Below the pieces are notes generated by a model. That model was not told the origin of the DNA. It saw nothing but the letters and a program-made list of their open reading frames with translations, and did no database searches. From Acidimicrobiales bacterium (GTDB taxonomy: Bacteria > Actinomycetota > Acidimicrobiia > Acidimicrobiales > RAAP-2): a DNA stretch of 64,000 nt. This document shows, piece by piece, positions 9,049 to 19,223 of the stretch (within the stretch, counting starts at the first letter, position 1; every line of letters starts with the position of its first letter). The position numbers and the translations under genes are program-made. The stretch is from positions 862-64,861 of the forward strand of contig JBKQMB010000044.1 in NCBI GenBank assembly GCA_052326605.1, given 5' to 3'.

Positions 9049-10641
9049 ATGAACCATGCCCCCGACCAATCACAGAGTGCCAGGCGATCGATGGCGACGC
9101 GAATGACCGGCGGACCGGGCGTGCGGGGGACCCTGACAGCGCTGGCAGCGGTCCTGGTGGCCCTCCTCCTGCTGCCCGGCACCGGCGGGGCCGCGACACC
9201 GGCAGCCACCCCCGCAGCCACCCCCTCGGCCCAGGTGTCTGCCTACTGGTTGGTGGCCAGTGACGGTGGCGTCTTCTCCTTCGGCGGCCTCCCCAGCTAC
9301 GGGTCGATGGGTGGGCAGCACCTCAACGAGCCGGTGGTGGGCATGGCTGCCACGCCGGACGCCGGGGGATACTGGCTCGACGCCTCCGACGGGGGGATCT
9401 TCGCCTTCGGCAACGCCGCCTTCCACGGGTCGATGGGCGGGCAGCACCTGAACAAGCCCATCGTCGGGATGGCCGCCACACCGGACGGAGGGGGCTACTG
9501 GCTGGTCGCAAGTGACGGGGGCATCTTCTCCTTCGGCGACGCCGGTTTCCGCGGGTCGACCGGTGCCCTCACCCTCAACAAGCCGGTGGTCGGCATGGCT
9601 CCTACCGCCGATGGCGGGGGCTACTGGCTGGTGGCCAGCGACGGCGGCATCTTCGCCTTCGGCGACGCCGGTTTCCACGGGTCGACAGGTGCCCTGACGC
9701 TGCAGAAGCCGGTGGTGTCGATGGCCGCCACACCGGACGGAGGGGGCTACTGGCTGGTCGCCTCCGACGGGGGCGTGTTCGCCTTCGGTGACGCTCCCTT
9801 CTTCGGGTCGACCGGGGGCGAGCACCTCTCCCGGCCCATCGTGGCCATGGGGGCCACCCGGTCCGGCAACGGCTACTGGTTCACCGACGCTGCCGGCCTG
9901 GTCCTCAACTTCGGCGGTGCCGGGTACTACGGGTCGGCGCCACCCCACCTCAACCAACCGGTCCAGGGCATGGCCGTCGCGCCGGCGTCCGGTGCGCCGG
10001 CGGCGGACCCCGCCTACCCGTCGGGAGCCACCGGCTACGACATCTCCAAGTGGCAGTGCAGCGGCTTGCCACCGGGCCCGTACCAGATCGGAGTCGTGCA
10101 GGTCACCGGAGCGTCAGGCGCGTACGTCAACCCGTGCCTGGCTTCCGAGGCGGCCTGGGCCGGGGGCGGTCTCAACCTCTACATCTACCTGACCTTCGAT
10201 TCGCAGGCGTCGGGGCCCGCCGTCTGCAACGGTGACGACGCCTGCAACGCGGGATACAACGACGCCCAGTTCGCGTTCCAGGCGGCGCAGAACGCCGGAG
10301 TGAACACCGCCGTCACCTGGTGGCTCGACGTCGAGGGAGACCCGTCGTGGTCGGGCGACACGTCCCAGAACGCCGCCTTCGTCAAGGGGTCCATCCAGGG
10401 CCTGCAGGCCGAGGGCGTCAACAATGTGGGGATCTACTCCCAGGTGTCGCACTGGTCGTCCATCGTGGGGAGCTACTCGCCGTCGGTACCCGAGTGGGTG
10501 GCCAACTACGGCACCGACAGCCCACCGTTCAACCCCAGTCAGTACTGCTCGGGCTACAACTTCGCCTCGGGCCCGGTATGGCTGGTCCAGTACACCGATG
10601 GACAGACCACCAACGGCTTCGACCACGACTACGCCTGTTGA
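9049..10641 (+). CDS. Secreted protein: six 42-aa ASDGG-type repeats plus a C-terminal GH25/DUF1906-like glycoside-hydrolase-like domain
   Basis: Signal-like N-terminus (LTALAAVLVALLLLPGTGGAA), six tandem repeats, then GYDISKWQC...WWLDVEGDPSW...VGIYS...WLVQY, which resembles muramidase-like (GH25 / Rv2525c-like) domains. Confidence 0.8.
   Translation: MNHAPDQSQSARRSMATRMTGGPGVRGTLTALAAVLVALLLLPGTGGAATPAATPAATPSAQVSAYWLVASDGGVFSFGGLPSYGSMGGQHLNEPVVGMAATPDAGGYWLDASDGGIFAFGNAAFHGSMGGQHLNKPIVGMAATPDGGGYWLVASDGGIFSFGDAGFRGSTGALTLNKPVVGMAPTADGGGYWLVASDGGIFAFGDAGFHGSTGALTLQKPVVSMAATPDGGGYWLVASDGGVFAFGDAPFFGSTGGEHLSRPIVAMGATRSGNGYWFTDAAGLVLNFGGAGYYGSAPPHLNQPVQGMAVAPASGAPAADPAYPSGATGYDISKWQCSGLPPGPYQIGVVQVTGASGAYVNPCLASEAAWAGGGLNLYIYLTFDSQASGPAVCNGDDACNAGYNDAQFAFQAAQNAGVNTAVTWWLDVEGDPSWSGDTSQNAAFVKGSIQGLQAEGVNNVGIYSQVSHWSSIVGSYSPSVPEWVANYGTDSPPFNPSQYCSGYNFASGPVWLVQYTDGQTTNGFDHDYAC
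9241..9993 (+). repeat. 6 x 126-bp in-frame tandem repeat (42-aa module GYWLVASDGGIFxFGDAxFxGSxGxxxLNxPVVGMAxTPDG)
   Basis: Read directly in the translation. Units start at AYWLVASDGGVFSFG (9241) and recur every 42 aa. Confidence 0.9.
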
Positions 10642-10705
10642 GAGCCGACTGACCACCGGGGCGTGACAGCGGGCCAGCTGCTCGCGGGCCTGCTCGCGCC
10701 CCACC

Positions 10706-11470
10706 TCACCGGCCGGCGAGGTGGGCGGCGTCGTTGTACCCGAGCAGGCGCCACCGGCCCTCGTCGATCTCCCAGGTGGTGAGCGAGGCATGGTGGGTTC
10801 GCAGTTGGAGCCGGGCCCCTTCCAGTCCGCCGGCAACCGGCACCTTGGCCAGCAACGACGCCTCGATCACCCCGGCGTGGCAGGCGACCACCACCAGCTG
10901 GCCGGAATGGCGCACGACCAGGGTGTCGAGGCTCTCGGCCACCCGGTTGACGAACCCGGTCCAACTCTCGCCACCGGGAGCGATCACCCGGCCCGGGTCG
11001 GCGACCCAGTCGAGGTCCCCGAACTCGACGGTGAACTCGGCCCAGGTCATCCCGTCGGCCTTGCCGGGGTGCAGCTCGCACAGGCCACACTCGGTGACCA
11101 GCTCGGGTACCGACCTTCCGTCGCTGCGGGGCCCGGGTTCCGCCAACGCCGGGGACAGCAGTTCGGCGGTCTCGATCGCCCGAGGCAGCACACTTGCGTA
11201 CAGCGCATCGACCCGGGCCAGCTCGCCGGTCTCGGCCAGGCGGTCGCGGAGCGCCTCCACCTGTCCCCTGCCCCGATCGGTCAGCCCCTCACAGCCGATG
11301 GGGCCGCCGCACACCCCGGACACGTTGCACACCGCCTCGCCGTGGCGGACCAGCACCACGCGGGTCGCGGTGTCCGACCGGGGCGACACCGTGCGGATCC
11401 CGGCCGGTGGGGCCGGGGACCTGCCGCCACCTCCTCCGGACCCCGAGAGCCCTTCGAACCCGCCGGTCAT
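10706..11470 (-). CDS. Histidine phosphatase family protein (PGAM-like)
   Basis: LVRHGEAVCN (RHG catalytic motif) ...GLTDRGRGQ... and later ACHAGVI. The ATG overlaps the stop of the VWA gene (ATGA). Confidence 0.85.
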   Translation of the reverse strand: MTGGFEGLSGSGGGGGRSPAPPAGIRTVSPRSDTATRVVLVRHGEAVCNVSGVCGGPIGCEGLTDRGRGQVEALRDRLAETGELARVDALYASVLPRAIETAELLSPALAEPGPRSDGRSVPELVTECGLCELHPGKADGMTWAEFTVEFGDLDWVADPGRVIAPGGESWTGFVNRVAESLDTLVVRHSGQLVVVACHAGVIEASLLAKVPVAGGLEGARLQLRTHHASLTTWEIDEGRWRLLGYNDAAHLAGR

Positions 11471-12969
11471 GCCAGCTCCCCCACGAAGCGCTCCAGCTGA
11501 CGGAGGGTGCGGACCTCGACCACGTCGTCACAGTGGACGGCGTACTCGCCCACGATCGAGTCCCCCGAGTTCCAGTAGGCCCGAGGCTCGGGATTGAGCC
11601 AGTAGACGTGGCGGGCCCGGGCGCGCAGCTCCTTGACCACCCATGCCTGGGAGGCGTGGTAGTTGTTGCGGGCGTCCCCCAGCAACAGCACGCTGGTCCG
11701 CGGGGTAATCTCCTCACCCCACCGCTCCCAGAACACGGTAAAGGCGTGGCCGTAGTCGGAGTGGCCGTCCACCCAGATGACGTCCGCCTCGGTGTTGATC
11801 CGGTGCACCGCCTCGGAGGGGTCGTCGGCGCCCTCGAAGAACCGACTCACCTCGTCGATCCCGTCGATGAACACGAAGCTCCGCACCTTGGAGAACTGCG
11901 AGCTGATTGCGTGGACGAGGTGGAGGGTGAAGCGGGCGAAGGAGGCCACCGAGCCCGAGATGTCGGCGATGACCACGATCTCCGGTTTGGAGGGCCGCGG
12001 GTAACGGAATTTGGGATCGACCGGGACCCCGCCCGTGGACAGCGAGTGGCGGACGGTCGAACGGAAGTCGAGCGCTCCCTTGCGGCCATGGCGCCGTTTG
12101 CGGGCGAGCCGGACCGCAAGCTTCCGTGACAGGGGCTGCAGCGACTTGCGCAGCGCCACCAGCTCGTCGCGGGTGGCGTGCATCATGTCGATGTCCTCGG
12201 GCAGCGGCTTGCGCAGGGACTTGGCCAGGGCCTCGCTCCCCCGGTCGGCGACCAGCCGGCGGCGGATCTCGTTCTCGATCTCCTGGCGGAGCTGATCGAT
12301 GCGGGACTGGTACTCGTCACGAAGCAGTCGTTCCTCCAGCGGGGTGAGGGCGGCCGGCGGCGCACCATCACCGGGCGGCATGTCGTCGTTGAGCGACGAG
12401 GTGGCGGCACGGGCCTGGTCGACCAGCTGTTCGAGCACCCGGTCGAGGTCGAGGTTCCGCAGGGTCCGGTAGAGGTAGTAGGTCCCGCCCACCGGCCGCC
12501 CGGCCTCCATGCCCGCGTAGCGCGACACCGCCTGTCTGGCCACGGCGGCCACCATGGCACCGTTGGCGCCGAGCAGCGCCTTGTAGAGCAGTTCGGCAAG
12601 CTCCTCGGGGGTCATGCCCTCCTGCCCCCCGCCGCTGCCCCGACCCTGGCCCTGGCCGCGCCGATTGCCCTGGCCGGGGATCGACACGGCCTCGTCGTCG
12701 TCCCCCCGGCGGCCCTCGCCGTCGTCCCCGTCCTCCTCGATCCGGTAGTCGGGACCCCGCAGGGAGAAGTAGATCTCGAAGGCCGTCTCGTAGGTCCGCC
12801 AGTGGGTGGAGGACTTCACCAGGCTGGCCCCGAGGGTGTACTTGATGGCCTCGCGGTCCCCCATCGGGACGTGGCGCAGGGTCTCGGCGGCGTCGAGGTG
12901 CTCGGTCAGGGACACCGGGATGCCCGCAGCCCGGAGCTCGGCAACGAAGCCGGTGAGCAGGTCGAGCAT
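11467..12969 (-). CDS. VWA domain-containing CoxE-like protein
   Basis: MLDLLTGFVAELRAAGIPVSLTEHLDAAETL... N-terminus and a C-terminal VWA region (VVIADISGSVASF...) typical of CoxE/VWA partners of MoxR ATPases. Confidence 0.85.
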   Translation of the reverse strand: MLDLLTGFVAELRAAGIPVSLTEHLDAAETLRHVPMGDREAIKYTLGASLVKSSTHWRTYETAFEIYFSLRGPDYRIEEDGDDGEGRRGDDDEAVSIPGQGNRRGQGQGRGSGGGQEGMTPEELAELLYKALLGANGAMVAAVARQAVSRYAGMEAGRPVGGTYYLYRTLRNLDLDRVLEQLVDQARAATSSLNDDMPPGDGAPPAALTPLEERLLRDEYQSRIDQLRQEIENEIRRRLVADRGSEALAKSLRKPLPEDIDMMHATRDELVALRKSLQPLSRKLAVRLARKRRHGRKGALDFRSTVRHSLSTGGVPVDPKFRYPRPSKPEIVVIADISGSVASFARFTLHLVHAISSQFSKVRSFVFIDGIDEVSRFFEGADDPSEAVHRINTEADVIWVDGHSDYGHAFTVFWERWGEEITPRTSVLLLGDARNNYHASQAWVVKELRARARHVYWLNPEPRAYWNSGDSIVGEYAVHCDDVVEVRTLRQLERFVGELA

Positions 12970-12987
12970 GGCGGGCGTCCCTCGAAC

Positions 12988-13923
12988 TCAGTCCGGGGAT
13001 TCCACCCCGGCCAGCTCCTTGGCCGCCCGGTCGATGTCCGACTGGTACTTCAGCAGGATGTGGAGGGTGTCCTTGGCCTGTTCGGCGTCGATCGACTGCA
13101 CTCCCAGCACCACCAGGGTGCGCGCCCAGTCGAGGGTCTCCGACACGGAGGGGGACTTCTTCAGGTCGAGCGTGCGGATCGACCGCACGATGCGCGCCAC
13201 CTGGTCGGCCAGCGCCTGACTGATGCCCGGCACCCGGGTCTCGATGATGGCGCGCTCTCGGTCGAGCTTGGGGTAATCGATGTGCAGGTAGAGGCACCGC
13301 CTCTTCAGGGCCTCGGACAGTTCGCGGGTGTTGTTCGAGGTGAGGAAGACCAGCGGGATCTGCGAGGCCCGTACCGTGCCGAGCTCGGGGATGGACACCT
13401 GGTACTCGGAGAGGATCTCGAGGAGCAGCGCCTCGGTCTCGAGCTCCACCCGGTCGACCTCGTCGATCAGCAGCACCACCGGCTCGGTCGACTTGATGGC
13501 CTCGAGCAGGGGCCTGGTGAGCAGGAACTCCTCGGAGAAGATGTCCTCTTCGAGCTGCTGCCACGACTGGCCCGAGTCGGCCTGGATCCGGAGCAGCTGC
13601 TTCTTGTAGTTCCACTCGTAGAGGGCCTTGGACTCGTCGAGCCCCTCGTAGCACTGGAGGCGGATCAGCCGGCTCCCCGTGAGCCGGGCCACCGACTTGG
13701 CCAGTTCGGTCTTGCCGGTCCCCGCCGGGCCCTCCACCAGCACCGGTTTGGCCAGGCGGTCGGCCAGGAACACCACGCCGGAGATCCCCTCGTCGGCCAG
13801 GTAGTCCACACCGGCCAGGCCGGTGCGCACCTCGCCGATGGAGCCGAAACGGGGCACACCGGCCACCGGGAACCCGGTGGTGATCTCCTCGGCGGCCCGG
13901 TCGGGTCCGACCACGCCGCTCAT
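12988..13923 (-). CDS. MoxR/CoxD-like AAA+ ATPase
   Basis: Walker A (VEGPAGTGKTELAK), LIRLQCYEGLDESKALYEWNYKKQLL and Walker B (VLLIDEVDR). The ATG at 13923 overlaps the proA stop (ATGA). The listed 590-aa ORF is an artefactual upstream extension. Confidence 0.9.
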   Translation of the reverse strand: MSGVVGPDRAAEEITTGFPVAGVPRFGSIGEVRTGLAGVDYLADEGISGVVFLADRLAKPVLVEGPAGTGKTELAKSVARLTGSRLIRLQCYEGLDESKALYEWNYKKQLLRIQADSGQSWQQLEEDIFSEEFLLTRPLLEAIKSTEPVVLLIDEVDRVELETEALLLEILSEYQVSIPELGTVRASQIPLVFLTSNNTRELSEALKRRCLYLHIDYPKLDRERAIIETRVPGISQALADQVARIVRSIRTLDLKKSPSVSETLDWARTLVVLGVQSIDAEQAKDTLHILLKYQSDIDRAAKELAGVESPD

Positions 13924-15176
13924 GACCGCACCTGGCCGTTCCCCGAGACGATGAACTTGACCGAGGTCAGCTCCCGCAGGCCCATCGGGCCCCGGGCGTG
14001 GAGCTTCTGCGTGGAGATGCCGATCTCCGCACCCAGACCCAGCTCCTCGCCGTCGATGAACCGGGTGGAGGCGTTGACCACGACGGCGGCCGCGTCCACC
14101 TCGGTGGTAAAGCGGGTGGCGGCAGCCAGGTCGCCGGTGATGATGGCCTCGGAGTGCCCCGAGCCGAACCGGGCGATGTGGTCGATGGCCCCGTCGAGGT
14201 CGTCGACCACCGCCACCGACAGCTTCATCCCCAGGAACTCCGTGGCGAAGTCCTCCTCGGTGGCTTCGCCGATATGGGGGAGCACCGCTCGGGTGGCTGC
14301 GTCGCCCACCAGGGTCACCTCCGACAGTGCCGCCGACACACGGGGCAGAAACGCGTCGGCCACCGAACAGTGCACGAGGAGGGTCTCCGCCGCGTTGCAG
14401 ACGCCCGGTCGTTGGGTCTTGGCATTGACGACCACGGCCTCTGCCATCGAGAGATCCGCGGCGGCATCCACGTAGACGTGGCAGTTGCCGGCCCCGTCCA
14501 GCACATAGGGGACGGTGGCGTGCTCGAGGACCGAGGCCAGCAGGGAGGGTCCCCCGCGCGGGATGAGGCAGTCGATGTATCCGTCCATCTGCATGAACGC
14601 CACCGCAGAGGCGCGGCTGGTGTCCTCCACCAGTCCCACGCCCCCGACCGGCAGTCCAGCCTTGGCCAGCCCCTCGCGGAGGACGCCGGCGATGGCGGTA
14701 TTGGAAGAGATGGCTGACGACGACCCACGCAGGAGCACTGAGTTGCCCGACTTGAGGCACAACCCGGCGGCGTCACTGGTGACGTTGGGCCGGTTCTCGT
14801 AGATGATCCCCACCACCCCGAGCGGCACCCGGACCCGCTCGACCCGCAGGCCGTTGGGGCGGACCCAGCCGTCGACGACCTCGCCCACCGGGTCGGGCAG
14901 GCCCGCCACGCTGCGCAGGCCGGTCGCCATGGCTGTCACCCGTTGCCCGTTCAGGCGCAGCCGGTCGAGGGAGGTGACATCGGCGCCGGCCTCCTCGGCC
15001 CGCACCACGTCCGCGGCATTGGCCTCGAGGATGTCGCCGGACCGCTGCTCCAGTAGGTCGGCCGAGCGGAGAAGGGCCTCGTTACGGGCACCCGAGGAGG
15101 CACCGGCCAGAAGCCTGCTGGCCGCCTTGGCACGCCGGCCGATCTCGACGAGTGACGGAGGGGAGCTGGTTGGCAC
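13920..15176 (-). CDS. proA: Gamma-glutamyl phosphate reductase
   Basis: ProA-like throughout (...NRPNVTSDAAGLCLKSGNSVLLRGSS...AKTQRPGVCNAAETLLVH...). The GTG at 15176 gives 418 aa. The upstream part of the maximal ORF is Arg/Gly/Pro-rich and does not look coding. Confidence 0.9.
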   Translation of the reverse strand: MPTSSPPSLVEIGRRAKAASRLLAGASSGARNEALLRSADLLEQRSGDILEANAADVVRAEEAGADVTSLDRLRLNGQRVTAMATGLRSVAGLPDPVGEVVDGWVRPNGLRVERVRVPLGVVGIIYENRPNVTSDAAGLCLKSGNSVLLRGSSSAISSNTAIAGVLREGLAKAGLPVGGVGLVEDTSRASAVAFMQMDGYIDCLIPRGGPSLLASVLEHATVPYVLDGAGNCHVYVDAAADLSMAEAVVVNAKTQRPGVCNAAETLLVHCSVADAFLPRVSAALSEVTLVGDAATRAVLPHIGEATEEDFATEFLGMKLSVAVVDDLDGAIDHIARFGSGHSEAIITGDLAAATRFTTEVDAAAVVVNASTRFIDGEELGLGAEIGISTQKLHARGPMGLRELTSVKFIVSGNGQVRS

Positions 15177-15268
15177 CGTGCCAGCGTAGTGGCCCGGATT
15201 CGGGACGCGTGGCCTGGTGCCGGTCGCAGCCGCGCCAGGCCGGTGCCGATCGCCGCTGCGCCGGGGGC

Positions 15269-17706
<2,438 letters not shown>

Positions 17707-17749
17707 CTACCGATCGATCGTCATGGTCCCGGGAATCGACCCGATGGCC

Positions 17750-18493
17750 TCAGACCTCCACGAGGACGGTGTGCTCCAGCCGACCGACCGCCTCGGTCAC
17801 CCCGAGAGCCTCGGCCAGCGCCTCATAGGTGCCGTACTCCGCCCGGAGGGCGTCGAGGAACTCCTCCATCGTCTCGGGCACCACATGGAGGATCGCCGGA
17901 GCGAACTGCTCCACGGCCTCGACCGAGTCGGGGTACTCCGCCTTCAGCCGGTCGAGGAGGCGCTCCATGGCCAGAGCGCTGAGCGCGTAGTCTTCGACGA
18001 TCGTCTCGTCGGGGACGCCCAGGAAGGCGAGCACCAGGGCGGAGAGCACCCCGGTCCGGTCCTTCCCGGCGCTGCAGTGGACGACCGCCGGCAGCGAGTC
18101 GGCCGAGGCCAGGACCTCGATGGCCCGGGTCAGGGCCGCACCACCCCGCGCCACCATCTGTGCGTACCGCGAAGCCACATAGGAGGCCTCCCGCCACTCC
18201 GGAAGCTCCTCGGTGGAGGGGAGGACGTCGGTCAGGGGAAGGTCGAAGTAGCGAACCGGCACCATGTCGACCGGGAACCGGCCGCGTTGGTCCGCCTCGT
18301 CGACGGTCCGCAGGTCGATCACCGTGGCCAGTCCCAGGCCCACCAGCTGGTGGCGATCGGCCGGGGTCAGCTTGTTGAGCCCGTCGGCCCGGAACAGGCG
18401 CCGCCAGCCGATCTGGCGCCCGTCGACGGTCCGGTACCCGCCGAGGTCGCGGAAGTTGACGCATCCCTCGAAGTCGAGGGTCCGGCTGGGCAA
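17750..18493 (-). CDS. Protein-tyrosine phosphatase family protein (Y_phosphatase3-like)
   Basis: CX5R motif HCSAGKDRTG, with NFRDLGGY near the N-terminus. The TTG at 18493 was chosen so the gene does not run into rpmA. The maximal ORF reaches 18568. Confidence 0.8.
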   Translation of the reverse strand: MPSRTLDFEGCVNFRDLGGYRTVDGRQIGWRRLFRADGLNKLTPADRHQLVGLGLATVIDLRTVDEADQRGRFPVDMVPVRYFDLPLTDVLPSTEELPEWREASYVASRYAQMVARGGAALTRAIEVLASADSLPAVVHCSAGKDRTGVLSALVLAFLGVPDETIVEDYALSALAMERLLDRLKAEYPDSVEAVEQFAPAILHVVPETMEEFLDALRAEYGTYEALAEALGVTEAVGRLEHTVLVEV

Positions 18494-18503
18494 CGGGTGA
18501 GAC

Positions 18504-18758
18504 TCAGTCGCCGGCGACGACGTCGACCAGCTTGCGCCCCTTGCGACTGGTGAAGTGCACCGTGCCATCGGCCAGGGCGAAGAGCGTGTCGTCGCCGCCG
18601 AGGCCCACGTTGTGACCGGGGTGGAACTTGGTGCCCCGCTGGCGGACGATGATCGCCCCGGCGCGCACCGTGGTGCCGCCGAAGGTTTTCACCCCCAGGC
18701 GCTGGGCGTTCGAATCGCGTCCGTTGCGGGTGGAGCCGCCACCCTTGGTCTTGGACAT
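18504..18758 (-). CDS. rpmA: 50S ribosomal protein L27
   Basis: [20 protein letters not shown]...GTKFHPG is a canonical L27 sequence. Confidence 0.97.
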   Translation of the reverse strand: MSKTKGGGSTRNGRDSNAQRLGVKTFGGTTVRAGAIIVRQRGTKFHPGHNVGLGGDDTLFALADGTVHFTSRKGRKLVDVVAGD

Positions 18759-18896
18759 TCCGACTACTCCTTGTGCTCTACCGTGCCAGGGGACTCTGGC
18801 GATACGGTGCGTTTGACTCGTGCGGGCCGGTCGCGGGTGCGGCGCCCACCTTTCGGACCGGGGACCGGCCGGGACCGGACCCGTGGTCGTGCCGGC

Positions 18897-19211
18897 TCAG
18901 CCTGCGGCGCTGATGCCCGTGATGGCGATGGTCGAGTACCGCTGGCGGTGGCCCCACCGGGTGCTCTGGTTCGACTTGCTCTTGTAGGTGAAGCCCCTGA
19001 TCTTCGGCCCGAGCTCCTCCCCCACCACCGTGGCGGTGACGGTCGAGCCGGCCAACTGTTCCGGTGTGGCCAACACGGTGTCACCGTCCACCACCAGGAC
19101 CGGGGAGAAGGTGACCTCGGTCCCGGTGCCCTCCCCGAGCAGTTCCACGCGGAGCTCCTGGCCCTCGGCCACTCGCTCCTGCTTGCCTCCGGTCTTGATC
19201 ACGGCGTACAT
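18897..19211 (-). CDS. rplU: 50S ribosomal protein L21
   Basis: MYAVIKTGGKQERV...FTYKSKSNQSTRWGHRQ is a canonical L21 sequence. Confidence 0.97.
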   Translation of the reverse strand: MYAVIKTGGKQERVAEGQELRVELLGEGTGTEVTFSPVLVVDGDTVLATPEQLAGSTVTATVVGEELGPKIRGFTYKSKSNQSTRWGHRQRYSTIAITGISAAG

Positions 19212-19223
19212 AGGGATACGAGT

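Noticed and set aside
12178-14475. 765-aa plus-strand ORF, the longest in this region
   Set aside because: It is entirely antisense to the well-supported VWA, MoxR and proA genes. Its composition (Gly/Arg/His/Leu/Val/Asp runs) is typical of shadow ORFs in high-GC DNA, and it contains no recognisable motif.
12988-14760. 590-aa minus-strand ORF
   Set aside because: Only the C-terminal 311 aa (from ATG 13923) are MoxR-like. The upstream 279 aa lie in an alternative frame of proA and are Arg/Gly-rich junk.
18759-18896. 138-nt spacer between rplU and rpmA, examined for a Prp-type protease gene or a structured leader
   Set aside because: It is too short for a Prp gene and no convincing conserved stem-loop could be identified by eye.
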